Notes: generated by a model from the letters alone, not told the origin. A stretch of DNA of 64,000 nucleotides from an uncultured Verrucomicrobiae bacterium (GCA_963769025.1 CAVYKI010000009.1:992001-1056000), one strand, 5' to 3'. Positions 51,962 through 63,211 are shown, counted from the stretch's first letter. A program made the numbers and translations.

Positions 51962-53125
51962 ATGCCAAACAGCGCCGCATCGAAACTCGTGCTCGCCCCC
52001 TATTCCGAATCCGTCGTCGCGGAGGCGGCGAGCTCGGCGTTGCACGAGGCGGGCGGGCGAGTGAGCTGCGCATTCGTCTTTTGCTCGGCGGACTACCGGG
52101 CGCAGCTCGGCGAGTTCCTCGAAGTGCTCCAGGTCCACGGCCACATCCCGCTCATCGTGGGCTGCAGCGGCGCGGGCTTCGTCGGCACCGGAAAGGAAGC
52201 GGAAGCCGTGAGCGGCTTTTCGCTGCTCGTCCTGCATCTGCCCGAGACGCAGCTCCTGCCCTTCTCGTTCTCCTCGGCCGCAGCGCCCGCGTGGGACGAT
52301 GGCGACGCATGGCGGAAAGCCGCTGGCACCGAGAATGCGGACGCATGGCTGCTGCTGGCAGACCCGGCCACAGTCTCGCCTGAGCCGTGGCTGGCCGCGT
52401 GGAGCAAGGCCTTTCCCGACACGCCGTGCTTCGGCGGTCTCGCGAGCGGAGGAGGTTCGGCCGAGGACATGTTCGTCTTTCGCGACCGCGAACTCCTCGA
52501 TGGCGGCGGCGTGGCGCTGGGCTTCCGCGGCGGCGTGAAAATCAAGACGCTCGTCAGCCAGGGCTGCCGCCCGATCGGCGAGGCGCTGCCGGTCACTGGC
52601 GCGGAAGAGAACATCATCCAGACGCTCGGCTCCCGCCCCGCGTGGCGAATCCTTGACGACGCGTTCCAGTCGCTCACCTCCGAGGAAAAGGCGGCTGCAA
52701 AAGGCAACCTCTTCGCCGGCCTCGCGATGACGGAGTACCGCGAGGAATTCCACCGCGGCGACTTTCTCATCCGCAACATCCTCGGTGCCGACCAGGAGAG
52801 CGGTGCCGTCGCCATCGGAGCCTTCCCTCGCGTCGGCCAGACCGTGCAATACCAACTCCGCGACGCGACCGCGGCGGACGAGGATCTCACGCACCTCGCG
52901 GGCAGCCTCCGCGACAGCGGCGTAAAGCCGTTCGCGTCGCTGCTCTTTTCCTGCGGCGGGCGCGGGCGCGGGCTCTTCGGCGTGCCGAATCACGACGCTG
53001 GCGTCATCGCGGAAACCTTCGGGCCGCATCCGAGCGCCGGCTTTTTCTGCAACGGCGAGATCGGGCCGGTCGGCGGGAAAAACTTCGTCCACGGATACAC
53101 GGCGAGCGCGGCGCTCTTCGTCTGA
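51962..53125 (+). CDS. FIST N/C-domain sensory protein
   Basis: VGCSGAG, LADP, FGGLASG, VSQGCRPIG, FSCGGRG, GFFCNGEIGP, HGYT. Confidence 0.88.
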   Translation: MPNSAASKLVLAPYSESVVAEAASSALHEAGGRVSCAFVFCSADYRAQLGEFLEVLQVHGHIPLIVGCSGAGFVGTGKEAEAVSGFSLLVLHLPETQLLPFSFSSAAAPAWDDGDAWRKAAGTENADAWLLLADPATVSPEPWLAAWSKAFPDTPCFGGLASGGGSAEDMFVFRDRELLDGGGVALGFRGGVKIKTLVSQGCRPIGEALPVTGAEENIIQTLGSRPAWRILDDAFQSLTSEEKAAAKGNLFAGLAMTEYREEFHRGDFLIRNILGADQESGAVAIGAFPRVGQTVQYQLRDATAADEDLTHLAGSLRDSGVKPFASLLFSCGGRGRGLFGVPNHDAGVIAETFGPHPSAGFFCNGEIGPVGGKNFVHGYTASAALFV

Positions 53126-53134
53126 CACGCGCCA

Positions 53135-55081
53135 ATGGCCGCCGACATCTTCCCGGACGCACCGGAGGTTTTCCAAATCCGCACGACCGCCGCAGGGCCG
53201 CAGGGCGCACTCCCGCTCACCGCGGAAATGCTCGGCACCGCTCCGAGCGGCGACCTTTTCGGACTCTCGCAAAATGTCGGCATGGGCTGGGAGGCGGCGA
53301 CGGCGGCGGGCCCGCAGTTTCTCATCCTCAGCACGCAGGGCGGACTCCGCTCGCCGGACGGACGCCCGATCGCGCTCGGCTACCACACGGGCCATTGGGA
53401 AATCGCGCTGCAAGTCGAAGCCGCCGCGCGCGAACTGCGTCGCCTCGGCTGTGTGCCATTCGCGGGCGCGGTGAGCGACCCGTGCGACGGCCGCACGCAG
53501 GGCACGCACGGGATGTTCGACTCGCTGCCGTATCGCAACGACGCGGCAATCGTGATGCGCCGCCTCATCCGCTCGCTCCCGCTGCGGCGCGGCGTCGTCG
53601 GTGTGGCGACGTGCGACAAGGGACTTCCAGCCATGATGATGGCACTCGCAGGCTCGCCGGATCTGCCGGGCGTGATCGTCCCGGGCGGCGTAACGCTCCC
53701 GCCGACACACGGCGAGGACGCGGGGAAAATCCAGACCATCGGCGCGCGCTTTTCGCACGGCCTGCTCTCGCTTCAGGAAGCCGCCGACCTCGGCTGCCGC
53801 GCGTGCGCGACTCCCGGCGGCGGCTGCCAGTTCCTCGGCACCGCGGCCACCTCGCAGGTGATCGCCGAGGCGCTCGGCATGGCGCTCCCCCACTCCGCGC
53901 TCGCACCGAGCGGCCAACCCGTGTGGCTCGACATCGCAAAGCGTTCCGCACAGGCCGTGGTGGATTTGGACGCACGCGGACTCCGCAGCCGCGACATTCT
54001 CACCGAGGGCGCGGTTCGCAACGCGCTCGTCGTACACGCCGCCATCGGCGGATCGACCAATCTGCTTTTGCACATCCCCGCCATCGCGCATGCAGCAGGG
54101 CTCCCACGTCCGAAGGTCGCCGACTGGATCGCCGCAAACCGTTCCACCCCGCGGATCGTGGACGCCCTGCCTAACGGCCCCGTCGGGCATCCGACCGTCC
54201 GCGTCTTCCTCGCAGGCGGAACGCCCGAGGTCATGCTCCACCTCCGCGAACTCGGCCTGCTCGATTGCAGCGTGCTCACCGCGACGGGCCGCACGCTCGG
54301 TGAAAATCTCGACGCATGGCAGATGAGCGGGCGCCGCGCGAAGTTCCGCGAACTGCTGCGCGAACTCGATGGCGTGGATCCCGACGACGTGATCCTGCCG
54401 CCCGCGCGCGCACGCGAACGCGGACTCACCGGCACGATGATTTTCCCCGTCGGCAATCTCGCGCCCGAAGGCAGCGTGGTGAAGGCCACGTCGATCGATC
54501 CGTCAGTCGTCGGCCCGGATTCCGTTTACCGACATGAAGGCCCCGCGCGCGTTTTCCCCAGCGAAGCGACGGCCATCGCGGCGATCCGCGGAGGCGTGAT
54601 TCAATCCGGCGACGTGCTCGTCATCGCCGGCATCGGCCCAATGGGCACGGGAATGGAGGAGACTTACCAGGTCACAAGCGCGCTGAAGCACCTGCCATTC
54701 GGCAAGCACGTCGCGCTGCTCACGGACGCGCGCTTCAGCGGCGTGAGCACCGGCGCGTGCATCGGCCACATCGGCCCCGAAGCCCTCGCGGGCGGCCCGC
54801 TCGGCAGGCTGCGCGACGGTGACATCATCCGCATCGAGATCGATCGCAGCGCCATGACTGGCAGCGTGGATTTCATCGGCGAAAATGGCCGCACTTTCTC
54901 CTCTGAGGAAGGTGCTCGCATCCTCGCGGCACGCCCGATGCGCGATGACCTCGCGCCGCACGCCGCGCTGCCCGACGACACGCGCCTGTGGGCCGAACTG
55001 CAGCGGATCGGCGGCGGCACCTGGGCCGGCTGCGTGTACGACGTGGAAAAAATCATCGCGCGCCTGCGCGGTGAAAACTGA
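53135..55081 (+). CDS. YjhG/YagF-family sugar-acid (D-xylonate) dehydratase
   Basis: [47 protein letters not shown]. Confidence 0.88.
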   Translation: MAADIFPDAPEVFQIRTTAAGPQGALPLTAEMLGTAPSGDLFGLSQNVGMGWEAATAAGPQFLILSTQGGLRSPDGRPIALGYHTGHWEIALQVEAAARELRRLGCVPFAGAVSDPCDGRTQGTHGMFDSLPYRNDAAIVMRRLIRSLPLRRGVVGVATCDKGLPAMMMALAGSPDLPGVIVPGGVTLPPTHGEDAGKIQTIGARFSHGLLSLQEAADLGCRACATPGGGCQFLGTAATSQVIAEALGMALPHSALAPSGQPVWLDIAKRSAQAVVDLDARGLRSRDILTEGAVRNALVVHAAIGGSTNLLLHIPAIAHAAGLPRPKVADWIAANRSTPRIVDALPNGPVGHPTVRVFLAGGTPEVMLHLRELGLLDCSVLTATGRTLGENLDAWQMSGRRAKFRELLRELDGVDPDDVILPPARARERGLTGTMIFPVGNLAPEGSVVKATSIDPSVVGPDSVYRHEGPARVFPSEATAIAAIRGGVIQSGDVLVIAGIGPMGTGMEETYQVTSALKHLPFGKHVALLTDARFSGVSTGACIGHIGPEALAGGPLGRLRDGDIIRIEIDRSAMTGSVDFIGENGRTFSSEEGARILAARPMRDDLAPHAALPDDTRLWAELQRIGGGTWAGCVYDVEKIIARLRGEN

Positions 55082-55636
55082 CTACCGGATTACGAGCCGC
55101 GACAGTTCCGAGAGCGCCTCGGCCAGTCCCTCACCCTTCGTCGCCACCGTCGCAAAGCGCGGCGCTCCGAGGCGGTTCAGCACTTCGTCGAGGTATTCGA
55201 GCGGCGCGGCATTTGGAAGGTCGCGCTTGTTGTAGAGAAACACCATCGGCACATCCGAAAGGCCCGGCACCGCGGCGATCTGACGAAGCGCCTCGACGTT
55301 GTCCTCCATGCGTTCGCATTGCGAATCGGCGACGAAAAAGACGCCGTCGAGCTCACTCATCACGCGCTCGACGAGTGCAGGATCGGCGATTTTTCCCGGC
55401 ACGGTAATCGCCTTGCAGCGCGCGCGGTAGTCGGCGATCGGCACGAGATCCGGCGGCGTGAAATCGAAGCTGACGATCTGGTCTTCGCCGATCGGACGCA
55501 TGACCAGTTCCGCACGCATCTCGACCGGCAGTCCGGCGTGCAGACGCCAGAGCATCTGGGTTTTTCCCGCGCCCGCGGGACCCGCGACACCGAAGCGGAG
55601 CAGGACTTCTTTCTCGTTGTAATCGATGGTGGGCAC
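55082..55636 (-). CDS. MglA-like small GTPase with substituted catalytic residues
   Basis: GPAGAGKT, FDF, TVPGK, DGVFFVADS, NKRDLP, ATKGEG. Confidence 0.8.
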   Translation of the reverse strand: MPTIDYNEKEVLLRFGVAGPAGAGKTQMLWRLHAGLPVEMRAELVMRPIGEDQIVSFDFTPPDLVPIADYRARCKAITVPGKIADPALVERVMSELDGVFFVADSQCERMEDNVEALRQIAAVPGLSDVPMVFLYNKRDLPNAAPLEYLDEVLNRLGAPRFATVATKGEGLAEALSELSRLVIR

Positions 55637-55648
55637 GGAGCGGGGGTT

Positions 55649-57085
55649 CTAGTGCGCCTGCGTGCCGCCGGCCAGCAATTCGGCCACGCGCGCGAGCCGT
55701 TCGCGCACGCCGGGAACGGTGCTGCCGGCGGCGAGGACCGCGGCGACGCAGACTCCATCGTGGAGAAAAAGCGCGATGTCCGAGTCGCCGCGCTGCAGCG
55801 TTTCGGAAACGTTTCCGCCCTTCCGCGCCAATTCCGCTGACGCTGTGAGCACATCGGCCGGGCTCGCGCCGTGTGCAAAATCGCCGGCTGCCGCGTCGCC
55901 AGCCGCTCCGGAAATGACGCATGCCCGGACTCCCGGCAGTCCCGCTGCCAGCGCCGCAACGCCGCCGAGATCGAGCGCGATGCCCGTCATGAAAAGGTTC
56001 TGCAGTCCCGCAAAATCCGGCGCACTGCGCGGTGCCGACGATGTGGCTTCGTCATTCGCAGACACCACTGACGGACCTGTACCCGTTGGCGCGAGGACCA
56101 CCGGTTGCGCGCCGCCGACCACCGGCGCGATGCGCGGTGCAAGAATGAACCCCGGCGCGGATGATGCGGTCGCCGCGACTGGCCCGGCACCTCCGAGCAC
56201 CACGGCGCGGAGCGTGGTGGACGTCGAAACTTCTTTCTGCGGACGCAATTGCACCGGTTGAGAAGTCGGCTCGGTCGCGGTGATGGAAATCGTCGGCTGA
56301 TGCTCGGGAATCAACGGCGGTGGAGGCTTTACGACGGATGCGGGAAATTCCGGCTCCGGCGCGGTCTCCGCAGTCGCGTGCTCGCTCCCCACCGTGGGAA
56401 TGTCCGACCCTGGAAGCGGCGTCGCCTCGGCGGCAGGCGCCACCTCGACAGCCACCAACACCGACACCGGAGGATTATCCCACACGATGGATGGCAAACG
56501 CTCGGCGACAATCTCACCGCTCAACAAGGCGGCGGATTCCGCGGGGCGGTCCACCGGCGCGGGCTGGCGCTCCTCGCGCGCCGCCATTTTTTCCACCGGC
56601 ATCGCGGCGAGTTCCGCCGCGTAGCTGCCGATCTGCTGGAGCAGCTTTTGAATCGGCAGGCGAATCTGCGGATCATCCGTCTCGCCGCGCTCCCAGCGAA
56701 ACACTTCGGGCGCGAGGGCCACGAGCCGTGCGAGCGAAATTTCCGCGCGGCCGCGTGCGAGCCCGGGAGCGACGTCCGCCGCCGCGATGCGCACCACGCG
56801 GCGCTCGTCGTGCCGCCCCAGCCACATGAATTTCTCCGGCACGCGCGCGATCAATTCGCCGAGCGTCAGCTCAAACTCCGCCGGCATGCCATCCTGCTTC
56901 CGCACGCCCACAGCGGCCGCGATCGCGCCCAGGCCACGCACATTGCCGCCGCCTTCCGACGACGAGGGACGTTCGTCGGCCAACGCACTCCTGTGCCGGA
57001 AAAGTTGAGCAAGCAATACCATCGCCCTGTCTTTTGCCTCCAAAGGGACCCCGATGTAAAGGCGCTCAAATGCCTCCGGCGCCAC
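55649..57085 (-). CDS. Hypothetical protein: N-terminal domain, Pro/Ala-rich linker, C-terminal roadblock/LC7 (MglB-like) domain; start possibly 57022
   Basis: C-terminal LPGVRACVISGAAG...IALF..GVCVAAV...VRERLARVAELL pattern; immediately upstream of the MglA-like gene. Confidence 0.55.
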   Translation of the reverse strand: MAPEAFERLYIGVPLEAKDRAMVLLAQLFRHRSALADERPSSSEGGGNVRGLGAIAAAVGVRKQDGMPAEFELTLGELIARVPEKFMWLGRHDERRVVRIAAADVAPGLARGRAEISLARLVALAPEVFRWERGETDDPQIRLPIQKLLQQIGSYAAELAAMPVEKMAAREERQPAPVDRPAESAALLSGEIVAERLPSIVWDNPPVSVLVAVEVAPAAEATPLPGSDIPTVGSEHATAETAPEPEFPASVVKPPPPLIPEHQPTISITATEPTSQPVQLRPQKEVSTSTTLRAVVLGGAGPVAATASSAPGFILAPRIAPVVGGAQPVVLAPTGTGPSVVSANDEATSSAPRSAPDFAGLQNLFMTGIALDLGGVAALAAGLPGVRACVISGAAGDAAAGDFAHGASPADVLTASAELARKGGNVSETLQRGDSDIALFLHDGVCVAAVLAAGSTVPGVRERLARVAELLAGGTQAH

Positions 57086-57104
57086 GTCCGCGCGTGTCAG
57101 CGGC

Positions 57105-58430
57105 TCACTTTCCGATGCACCAGAGCTTCTCGCTCGTGCGGATGAAGAGGTTGCCGTCGCTCACGGCGATGCTGCTGCGTGTGGCGTCGCCGGCGCCCAT
57201 GGAGATCGTGGCGAGCACCTTTCCGTCGGCGAGGTTCTGCACCACGGCGGTGCCGCGCTCGCCGATGTTGTAAATTTTGCCATCGGCGACGGTCGGCGAG
57301 GCGCGGAAAATTTCCATGCCCTTGGCGCGGTCGAGCGTGAAGGCTTCCTGCCAGATCTTCGCGCCGGTCTTCGCGTCGAGGCAGGTCATCACCTGCTTGT
57401 CGCCGTTGAGCGCGTAGAATTTCCCGTCAAACGCCGCGGGCGTGCAGGTGTCGGGCGTGTTCTTCTCGTCGAAGACCCATGCGCGACCCTTCTCGGTGAT
57501 GTCGCCTTTGCCGGTCATCCGATAGGCGATGGCCGGGCTCTGCTTCGGCCCGCAGACGAGCGCGATGTCGCCGGATGCCACGGCGCTCGGCACGAGGCGC
57601 ATGAATCCGCCGCCGCTCAGGCCCTTCTTGTTATTGATGCCGCCGCCGCGCCACAGCTCGGCACCGGTCTCGGGATCGTGGCCGGTGAGGTAGTCGCCGC
57701 CGGCGATCAGAAGCTGCGTCTTGCCGCCGACGGTGTGCGGGATGGGCGTGGCGTAGGTTTCCTGCGTCTCCTGCTCCGCGTCGGACGGGCGGACGTGTTT
57801 CCAAAGCGTCTTGCCGGTCGCGGGATCGAGCGCGAGCAGGTAGCTTTCGCGCGGACCATGGTCGGCGTCCTCGATGCCGGGATAGCCGCCGTCGGCGGGC
57901 GTGCGCTGGAGCACGAGGACGTAGAGCTTCCCGCCGTAGAGCAGCGGGCTGCTGCCATAGACCCAGTTGATGTTGAACTTCCCGTAGTCCTTCGCGAGGT
58001 CGCGCGCCCAGACCTGCTTGCCGGAAAAATCGAACGCCGCGAGCTGCCCGGTGCCGACGAGCGCCCACACGGTCTTGCCGTCCGTCACCGGCGAAGGCGA
58101 GGTGCTGTTGCCGCGGCCCTTCGCGAGCGCGCCACCGGCGAGGTTGTGCTTCCACGCGACTTTGCCGGTCTTGCGGTCCACGGCGATGAGCCACTGGTTG
58201 TTCTCCGGGTCGGGGCTCATCACGAAGACGAGCCCGCCCGACACGATTGGCGTCGCGCCGCTGATGCCAGGCATGTCCAGCGACCACTTTACGCCCTCGG
58301 TCTGGCTCCACTTTGCGGGCAGATTCTTTTCCGGCGAAGTGCCGTTGAAGGCCGGGCCGCGCCATTGCGCCCAGTCGGCGGCGCTGGCGGTGGAGATGAC
58401 GAGGAGGGAAGCGAGCGTGAGGAGTTTCAT
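57105..58430 (-). CDS. PQQ-like beta-propeller secreted protein
   Basis: ADWAQWRGP, SPVTDG, SSP, GKTLW, ASP, LWCIG. Confidence 0.85.
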   Translation of the reverse strand: MKLLTLASLLVISTASAADWAQWRGPAFNGTSPEKNLPAKWSQTEGVKWSLDMPGISGATPIVSGGLVFVMSPDPENNQWLIAVDRKTGKVAWKHNLAGGALAKGRGNSTSPSPVTDGKTVWALVGTGQLAAFDFSGKQVWARDLAKDYGKFNINWVYGSSPLLYGGKLYVLVLQRTPADGGYPGIEDADHGPRESYLLALDPATGKTLWKHVRPSDAEQETQETYATPIPHTVGGKTQLLIAGGDYLTGHDPETGAELWRGGGINNKKGLSGGGFMRLVPSAVASGDIALVCGPKQSPAIAYRMTGKGDITEKGRAWVFDEKNTPDTCTPAAFDGKFYALNGDKQVMTCLDAKTGAKIWQEAFTLDRAKGMEIFRASPTVADGKIYNIGERGTAVVQNLADGKVLATISMGAGDATRSSIAVSDGNLFIRTSEKLWCIGK

Positions 58431-58559
58431 TTGGGAGATGTCGGAAAGGTTCATGGGACAATCCGGGCGGCGGAGTCAACTTAGCGCACGCGAGCGATGC
58501 CGCTTCCCTTTCCGCCCCGGCACTGGACTGGCGCGGAGAAAATCGTACGCTGCGGCATC

Positions 58560-59574
58560 ATGAGCAAAGCGCTGGCCCCCATCCTCGCCCTCGCCGCCAT
58601 CGGCGGCGCGGCATTCTCCTACATGCAGTACAACGCCCGCTCGGCCGCCGAGGCTGCAGCCGAGGAACGCGACCTGCGAATCTCCGCGCTGGAACAGTCG
58701 ATGCGCGACGCGGCCGACGCCGCCAAAAAGGCGCAGGACGAACTCGCGCTGGAAAAGGAGAACGTCGCGCGGCTGAAACGGGAACGCGACGACGCGCTCG
58801 AAAAGGCGAAGCGCGTCGCCGCGTCCGGCGCACCCGGAGCGCCCGGCGCGGACGGCAAACCGCAGTTCGACCTCCGCAATGCGCTGGGCGGATTCGCAAA
58901 GGCGTTCGACGATCCCGATCAGCGCAAGGCGATGCAAGTCCATGCAGGAGCGCATGGTGAGCGGCGCGTATGACAAGCTCTTCAAGGAACTCGGCCTCAG
59001 CGAAGCCGACTCCAAGCTGGTGTCCGAACTCCTCGGCGAGCGGAATTTTCTCGCGATGGACAAGGGGCGGAAACTCCTGACCGGCAAGACGGATGAGGCT
59101 TCCGTGGCGGCGATCCGCAAGGACATCGAGGCGACAAAGGCCGAATACGATTCGAAGCTGAAGGCCGTGCTCGGGGACGAGAATTCCGGCAAGCTCAGCG
59201 CGTACGAGCAGACCGTGGGCGACCGGCGCGCGCTGGATTCGCTCTCCAAGGAGTTCGAGCGCAAGGCGCAGCCGCTCGATGATTCGCAAAAGAGCCGCCT
59301 CACCGCCATCATGACCGAGGAACGCCTCCGCACGCCTTCGAACGAAATCCCGGACCTCGGCGGCGGGCCGGGGATGCAGATGCTCATGTCCGACGAGGAA
59401 GCGAAGGCCCGGCAGTCGCAGGAAGAGGCGTATCAGCAGCGTGTGTACGCCCGTGCCGCGGAGGCCGGTCTCACGCCGGATCAGCTCAACACGCTGCAGG
59501 ATTCGCAGAAGAGGCAGAACGAGCGGCGCGTCTTCAGCCGCACCATGGGCCGCGCCTTTCTGATCCCGAAATAG
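58560..59574 (+). CDS. Hypothetical single-TM coiled-coil protein, frameshift at about 58935
   Basis: MSKALAPILALAAIGG... frame joins the KSMQERMV... frame of ORF 58879..59574. Confidence 0.65.
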
Positions 59575-59638
59575 CGAGGGGCGCAGCGGCCATCGCACTC
59601 TTGCCTCGACCTTTGCGACCGCGTAACGCTCGCCGCAT

Positions 59639-60430
59639 ATGAAACGCCGTACCTTCCTCCAGTCTTCCGTCGCGCAGGCCGTCGTCGGGTCCGCCGCATT
59701 CGCCGCACTTTCCACCACCGCATCCGCCGCGGGAGAACCCCGCGAATACTACGAGCTTCGCACCTACACGCTGAAGACCGCGAAGAAGCCGATGCTGGAT
59801 GCCTATCTCGGCAAGGCGTTCATCCCGGCGCTCCGGCGCGCGGGCATCGGGCCGGTCGGCGTCTTCAGCGAGAGCCCGGCCGAGGATAAAGTCGCCGCGT
59901 ATGTGGTGATCGTCTTCAAGTCCGCCGATGAGGCCGCCACGCTGCCTGCGCGCCTCGCAGCGGATCCCGAATACCGAAGCGCCGCCGCCGGGTATCTGGA
60001 TGCGCCTGCGAGCGACCCGGTGTACGAGCGAATCGAGAGTTCGTTCCTCGGCGCGATTGGTGGATTTCCGAAACTCTCAAAGCCCGACGCGGCGCAGGGG
60101 CGGCTGCTGAATTTGCGCATCTACGAAAGCCACAACGAACGCGCCGCCGCGAAGAAGATCGAGATGTTCAACGAGCACGAGCTGGCGATCTTCCAGCGCG
60201 TGGGACTCACTCCCGTCTTCTTTGCCGAGTCCCTCATCGGCTCGAAAATGCCGAATCTCACCTACATGCTGGTGTTCCCCGATGAAGCCGGGCGCGCTGC
60301 GGCGTGGAATACCTTCAGGATCGATTCGCAGTGGGTCACGCTCAAGGCGATCCCCGAGTATGCGGACAAGGAGATTGTCTCGCGCATCACGAACAAGCTG
60401 CTGACGCCGGAGCCGTATTCGGAAATCTAG
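59639..60430 (+). CDS. Tat-exported double NIPSNAP-family protein
   Basis: MKRRTFL; YYELRTY; LRIYES; PNLTYML; AWNTF..D..W. Confidence 0.85.
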   Translation: MKRRTFLQSSVAQAVVGSAAFAALSTTASAAGEPREYYELRTYTLKTAKKPMLDAYLGKAFIPALRRAGIGPVGVFSESPAEDKVAAYVVIVFKSADEAATLPARLAADPEYRSAAAGYLDAPASDPVYERIESSFLGAIGGFPKLSKPDAAQGRLLNLRIYESHNERAAAKKIEMFNEHELAIFQRVGLTPVFFAESLIGSKMPNLTYMLVFPDEAGRAAAWNTFRIDSQWVTLKAIPEYADKEIVSRITNKLLTPEPYSEI

Positions 60431-60453
60431 GCCGCACCGCGCCGCGGACGCGG

Positions 60454-61665
60454 CTACCTCCCGCCGAGGTCGAGGCAGACCAGTTCGCCGGTATTGTTGC
60501 GGCAATAGGCTTTGCCATTCGCGAACACGGGCTGCACCCAGCAGCGGCCGCCGAGGACTTTCCTTCGGGCGAGTTCCCTGTAGGCCGCGCCCGATGCGGC
60601 GGCGATGACGAGGTCGCCGGTCTCGGTGAGAATGAGCAGCTTGTCGCCTGCGAGGATCAGCGAGCCGTTGGTCCCCGCCTTCGCGCGCCACTTTTCATCG
60701 CCGCTCGCGAGATCGAGGCAGACAAGCGCGGTGCGGCGCTTGCCTGCCTCGCCGTCCACTCCGAAGACGCTGCCATCCGCATGGACGGGGGAGTTGAAAT
60801 GCGCGTTGAAATTCCTCGTGAACCACACCTGCGACGGTTTGCCGCCGGAGAAGTTCACCATCGCCGCACCGTGATTGTAGGCGGCGGAAATGATCGCCAT
60901 TTCCCCCACGACGAGCGGCGTCGCTGCGTTCACCTTGAATGCGGTCTTCCAGTCGAAGCGCCACGCCTCGCGGCCGTCCGCCGCATTGAGCGCGACGAGA
61001 GCGTCGGCCTTCAGAATGAGGATGCGGTGCGCGCCGCCGTGCGTGGCAATGGCGCTGCCGTAGCCGGCCTCATCGTCGCCGGATTTCCATGCGAGCTCGC
61101 CGGTGAGCTTGTTGAGCGCGACCGTGCTCGCGCCCTTGCCGCCCGAATCGAGGATGACGTTGTTTCCGACAATCGTCGGCGAGCCGCTAAAGCCCCACTC
61201 AGGCCGCCTGCCGGCGAACTCGCTCATGAGGTTCCTTTCCCAAACCGGCTTGCCCGTCGCCGCCGAGACACAGGCGACATGCCCATCCGCGCCGAGCATG
61301 TAAATGCGATCGCCATCCACCGTCGGCGTCGCGCGTGGGCCACCCTCGAAGAGATAGGCACCCAGCTTTGCGGACCATGAGTGCGTCCACAGCACGCGGC
61401 CGTTTGCGGGGTTCACGCAGTAGAGGACTTCCTTGCCGTCCTTGAAGCCCGCGGAAAATGCGCGGCCATCCGCGACGGTCACACTGCTCAGCCCGGTGCC
61501 GAGCTGCACGCGCCACAGTTCGCGCGGACCACCGACGGGCAATGTGCCGATGCTTTCCTGCGTCGAGCCATTCATCGCAGGCCCCCGGTAGTGCGGCCAG
61601 TCGCCGGCAGGGAGCGGGCCGGAAAAAATCACACCGCACGCGAGGAGGGAGGCGACTTTGAACAT
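60454..61665 (-). CDS. PQQ-like beta-propeller secreted protein
   Basis: DWPHYRGP, GPRATPTV, WGFSGSP, YGS, LVCLD. Confidence 0.85.
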   Translation of the reverse strand: MFKVASLLACGVIFSGPLPAGDWPHYRGPAMNGSTQESIGTLPVGGPRELWRVQLGTGLSSVTVADGRAFSAGFKDGKEVLYCVNPANGRVLWTHSWSAKLGAYLFEGGPRATPTVDGDRIYMLGADGHVACVSAATGKPVWERNLMSEFAGRRPEWGFSGSPTIVGNNVILDSGGKGASTVALNKLTGELAWKSGDDEAGYGSAIATHGGAHRILILKADALVALNAADGREAWRFDWKTAFKVNAATPLVVGEMAIISAAYNHGAAMVNFSGGKPSQVWFTRNFNAHFNSPVHADGSVFGVDGEAGKRRTALVCLDLASGDEKWRAKAGTNGSLILAGDKLLILTETGDLVIAAASGAAYRELARRKVLGGRCWVQPVFANGKAYCRNNTGELVCLDLGGR

Positions 61666-61852
61666 GGAGCGAAGTAGGCGCGCGGGTTGGTTTCGTCAAC
61701 ACCCACGCCGGAGAACTGCGAAGGCGAACATCGGACTTCGCAAGACTCTGCATGCGGGCCATCCGGCGGTTGGATACTTGCAGAAAAGTTTCGCCGCCAT
61801 CATCATGCACCGTCTGCCGCTCCCGCACTGAACGTTTAAACCCTCTCCACAC

Positions 61853-63205
61853 ATGTTCTTCGCCTGTCCCAATTGCCAGATGTCCCTCCAAGCCGAGCCG
61901 GAATCGGCAGGCCGCGCGGTCAATTGCCCGGGATGCGGCACGCGTTTCGAGGTCCCGCAATTGACCCCGGCGGAAACCGCTGGCGCGGGGCAGGTCAAAC
62001 GCCAGGGCTGGCCGGAGACGGATCCTTCCAACGTCAACCTTTGGGTCGGCCTCGGCATCGGCATGGGGGCGATGGCGGTCGTGGTCGGGCTGCTTGCGCT
62101 CATTCGGAATACCTTCATCGGGCAGGTGTTTTTCTCGGGCGGCTGGGTCAACTACATGGAGTTCGTCCTGTTCTTTTGGGGCCTCGGCATTTTGTTTTTG
62201 AAATTCCGCAAGACCCGCCACCAGCGCGACGCACTGCTGCTCGATGTGCTGCCCGATCGCCTCGGCAGACGGGTCAACGCGACGACCATTGGGAAATTCG
62301 TGGATCACCTCTACGGCCTGCCGGCGACCCTTCGGGATTCGATGATGGTGAATCACATCCGCAAGGGCCTGGAGCTTTTCGAGGCGCGCAACAGCAACAG
62401 CGAAGTCGCCGCACTGCTGGATGCGCAGTCCGCGATCGACGCCAACAAGATCGGCAGCAGCTACGCGCTGCTGAAAGTGTTCCTGTGGGCGATTCCGATT
62501 CTCGGCTTCATCGGCACGGTGCTCGGCCTGTCGTTCGCGATGGCGGGTTTCGGCTCCGCGGATCTCACGGACATGGAGGCCCTGAAAGGCTCGGTGACCG
62601 CGATCACGAGCGGCCTCGCGACGGCATTCAACACCACGCTGCTCGGCCTCATTCTCAGCATGCTGCTCATTTTCCCGATGAGCAGCATCCAGAAAATGGA
62701 GGAGGACAGCCTCAACAACATCGATGCGTTCTGCAACGAAGTGGTGCTCCCGCGGCTCGACGACGGCGGCACGAATGCCGGTGCCAGTGCCGGCAGCATC
62801 CCGCAGCTCGTCGAGCAGCTCGCGGCGGGAATCACGGCGAGCCAGCGCGAGTTTCTCGAGGAGTTCAACAACTCGGCGGAGATCTTCCGCAATCTCGCGG
62901 TGCAGCTTCAGGAGGCGTCCGCCGCACACCAACAGAAGGTCGAGGAGCAGTTCACCAACACGCTCACCGAACTCACGACGAAGACGAACGACTCCATTGG
63001 CAGCGTTGCAAAATCGGTCGCGGATCTTACCGGCAAAACAGGCGCTGCCGTGGAGAAATCCACGGAGTCGGCGTCGCTTTACCTCCAGGCGCTGAACACC
63101 GGCATCCGCGGGCTGAACGAAGTGCTTACGAAGCTCGGCGAGAAACAGGTCCTCATCCAAAACGTCCGCACGGGCTGGTGGCCCTTCGGGAGCAAGAAGT
63201 CGTAG
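61853..63205 (+). CDS. MotA/TolQ/ExbB-family channel protein with N-terminal zinc ribbon and C-terminal helical tail
   Basis: CPNC...CPGC; IPILGFIGTVLGL; GLATAFNTTLLGL; about 150-aa tail. Confidence 0.8.
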   Translation: MFFACPNCQMSLQAEPESAGRAVNCPGCGTRFEVPQLTPAETAGAGQVKRQGWPETDPSNVNLWVGLGIGMGAMAVVVGLLALIRNTFIGQVFFSGGWVNYMEFVLFFWGLGILFLKFRKTRHQRDALLLDVLPDRLGRRVNATTIGKFVDHLYGLPATLRDSMMVNHIRKGLELFEARNSNSEVAALLDAQSAIDANKIGSSYALLKVFLWAIPILGFIGTVLGLSFAMAGFGSADLTDMEALKGSVTAITSGLATAFNTTLLGLILSMLLIFPMSSIQKMEEDSLNNIDAFCNEVVLPRLDDGGTNAGASAGSIPQLVEQLAAGITASQREFLEEFNNSAEIFRNLAVQLQEASAAHQQKVEEQFTNTLTELTTKTNDSIGSVAKSVADLTGKTGAAVEKSTESASLYLQALNTGIRGLNEVLTKLGEKQVLIQNVRTGWWPFGSKKS

Positions 63206-63211
63206 CACGCC

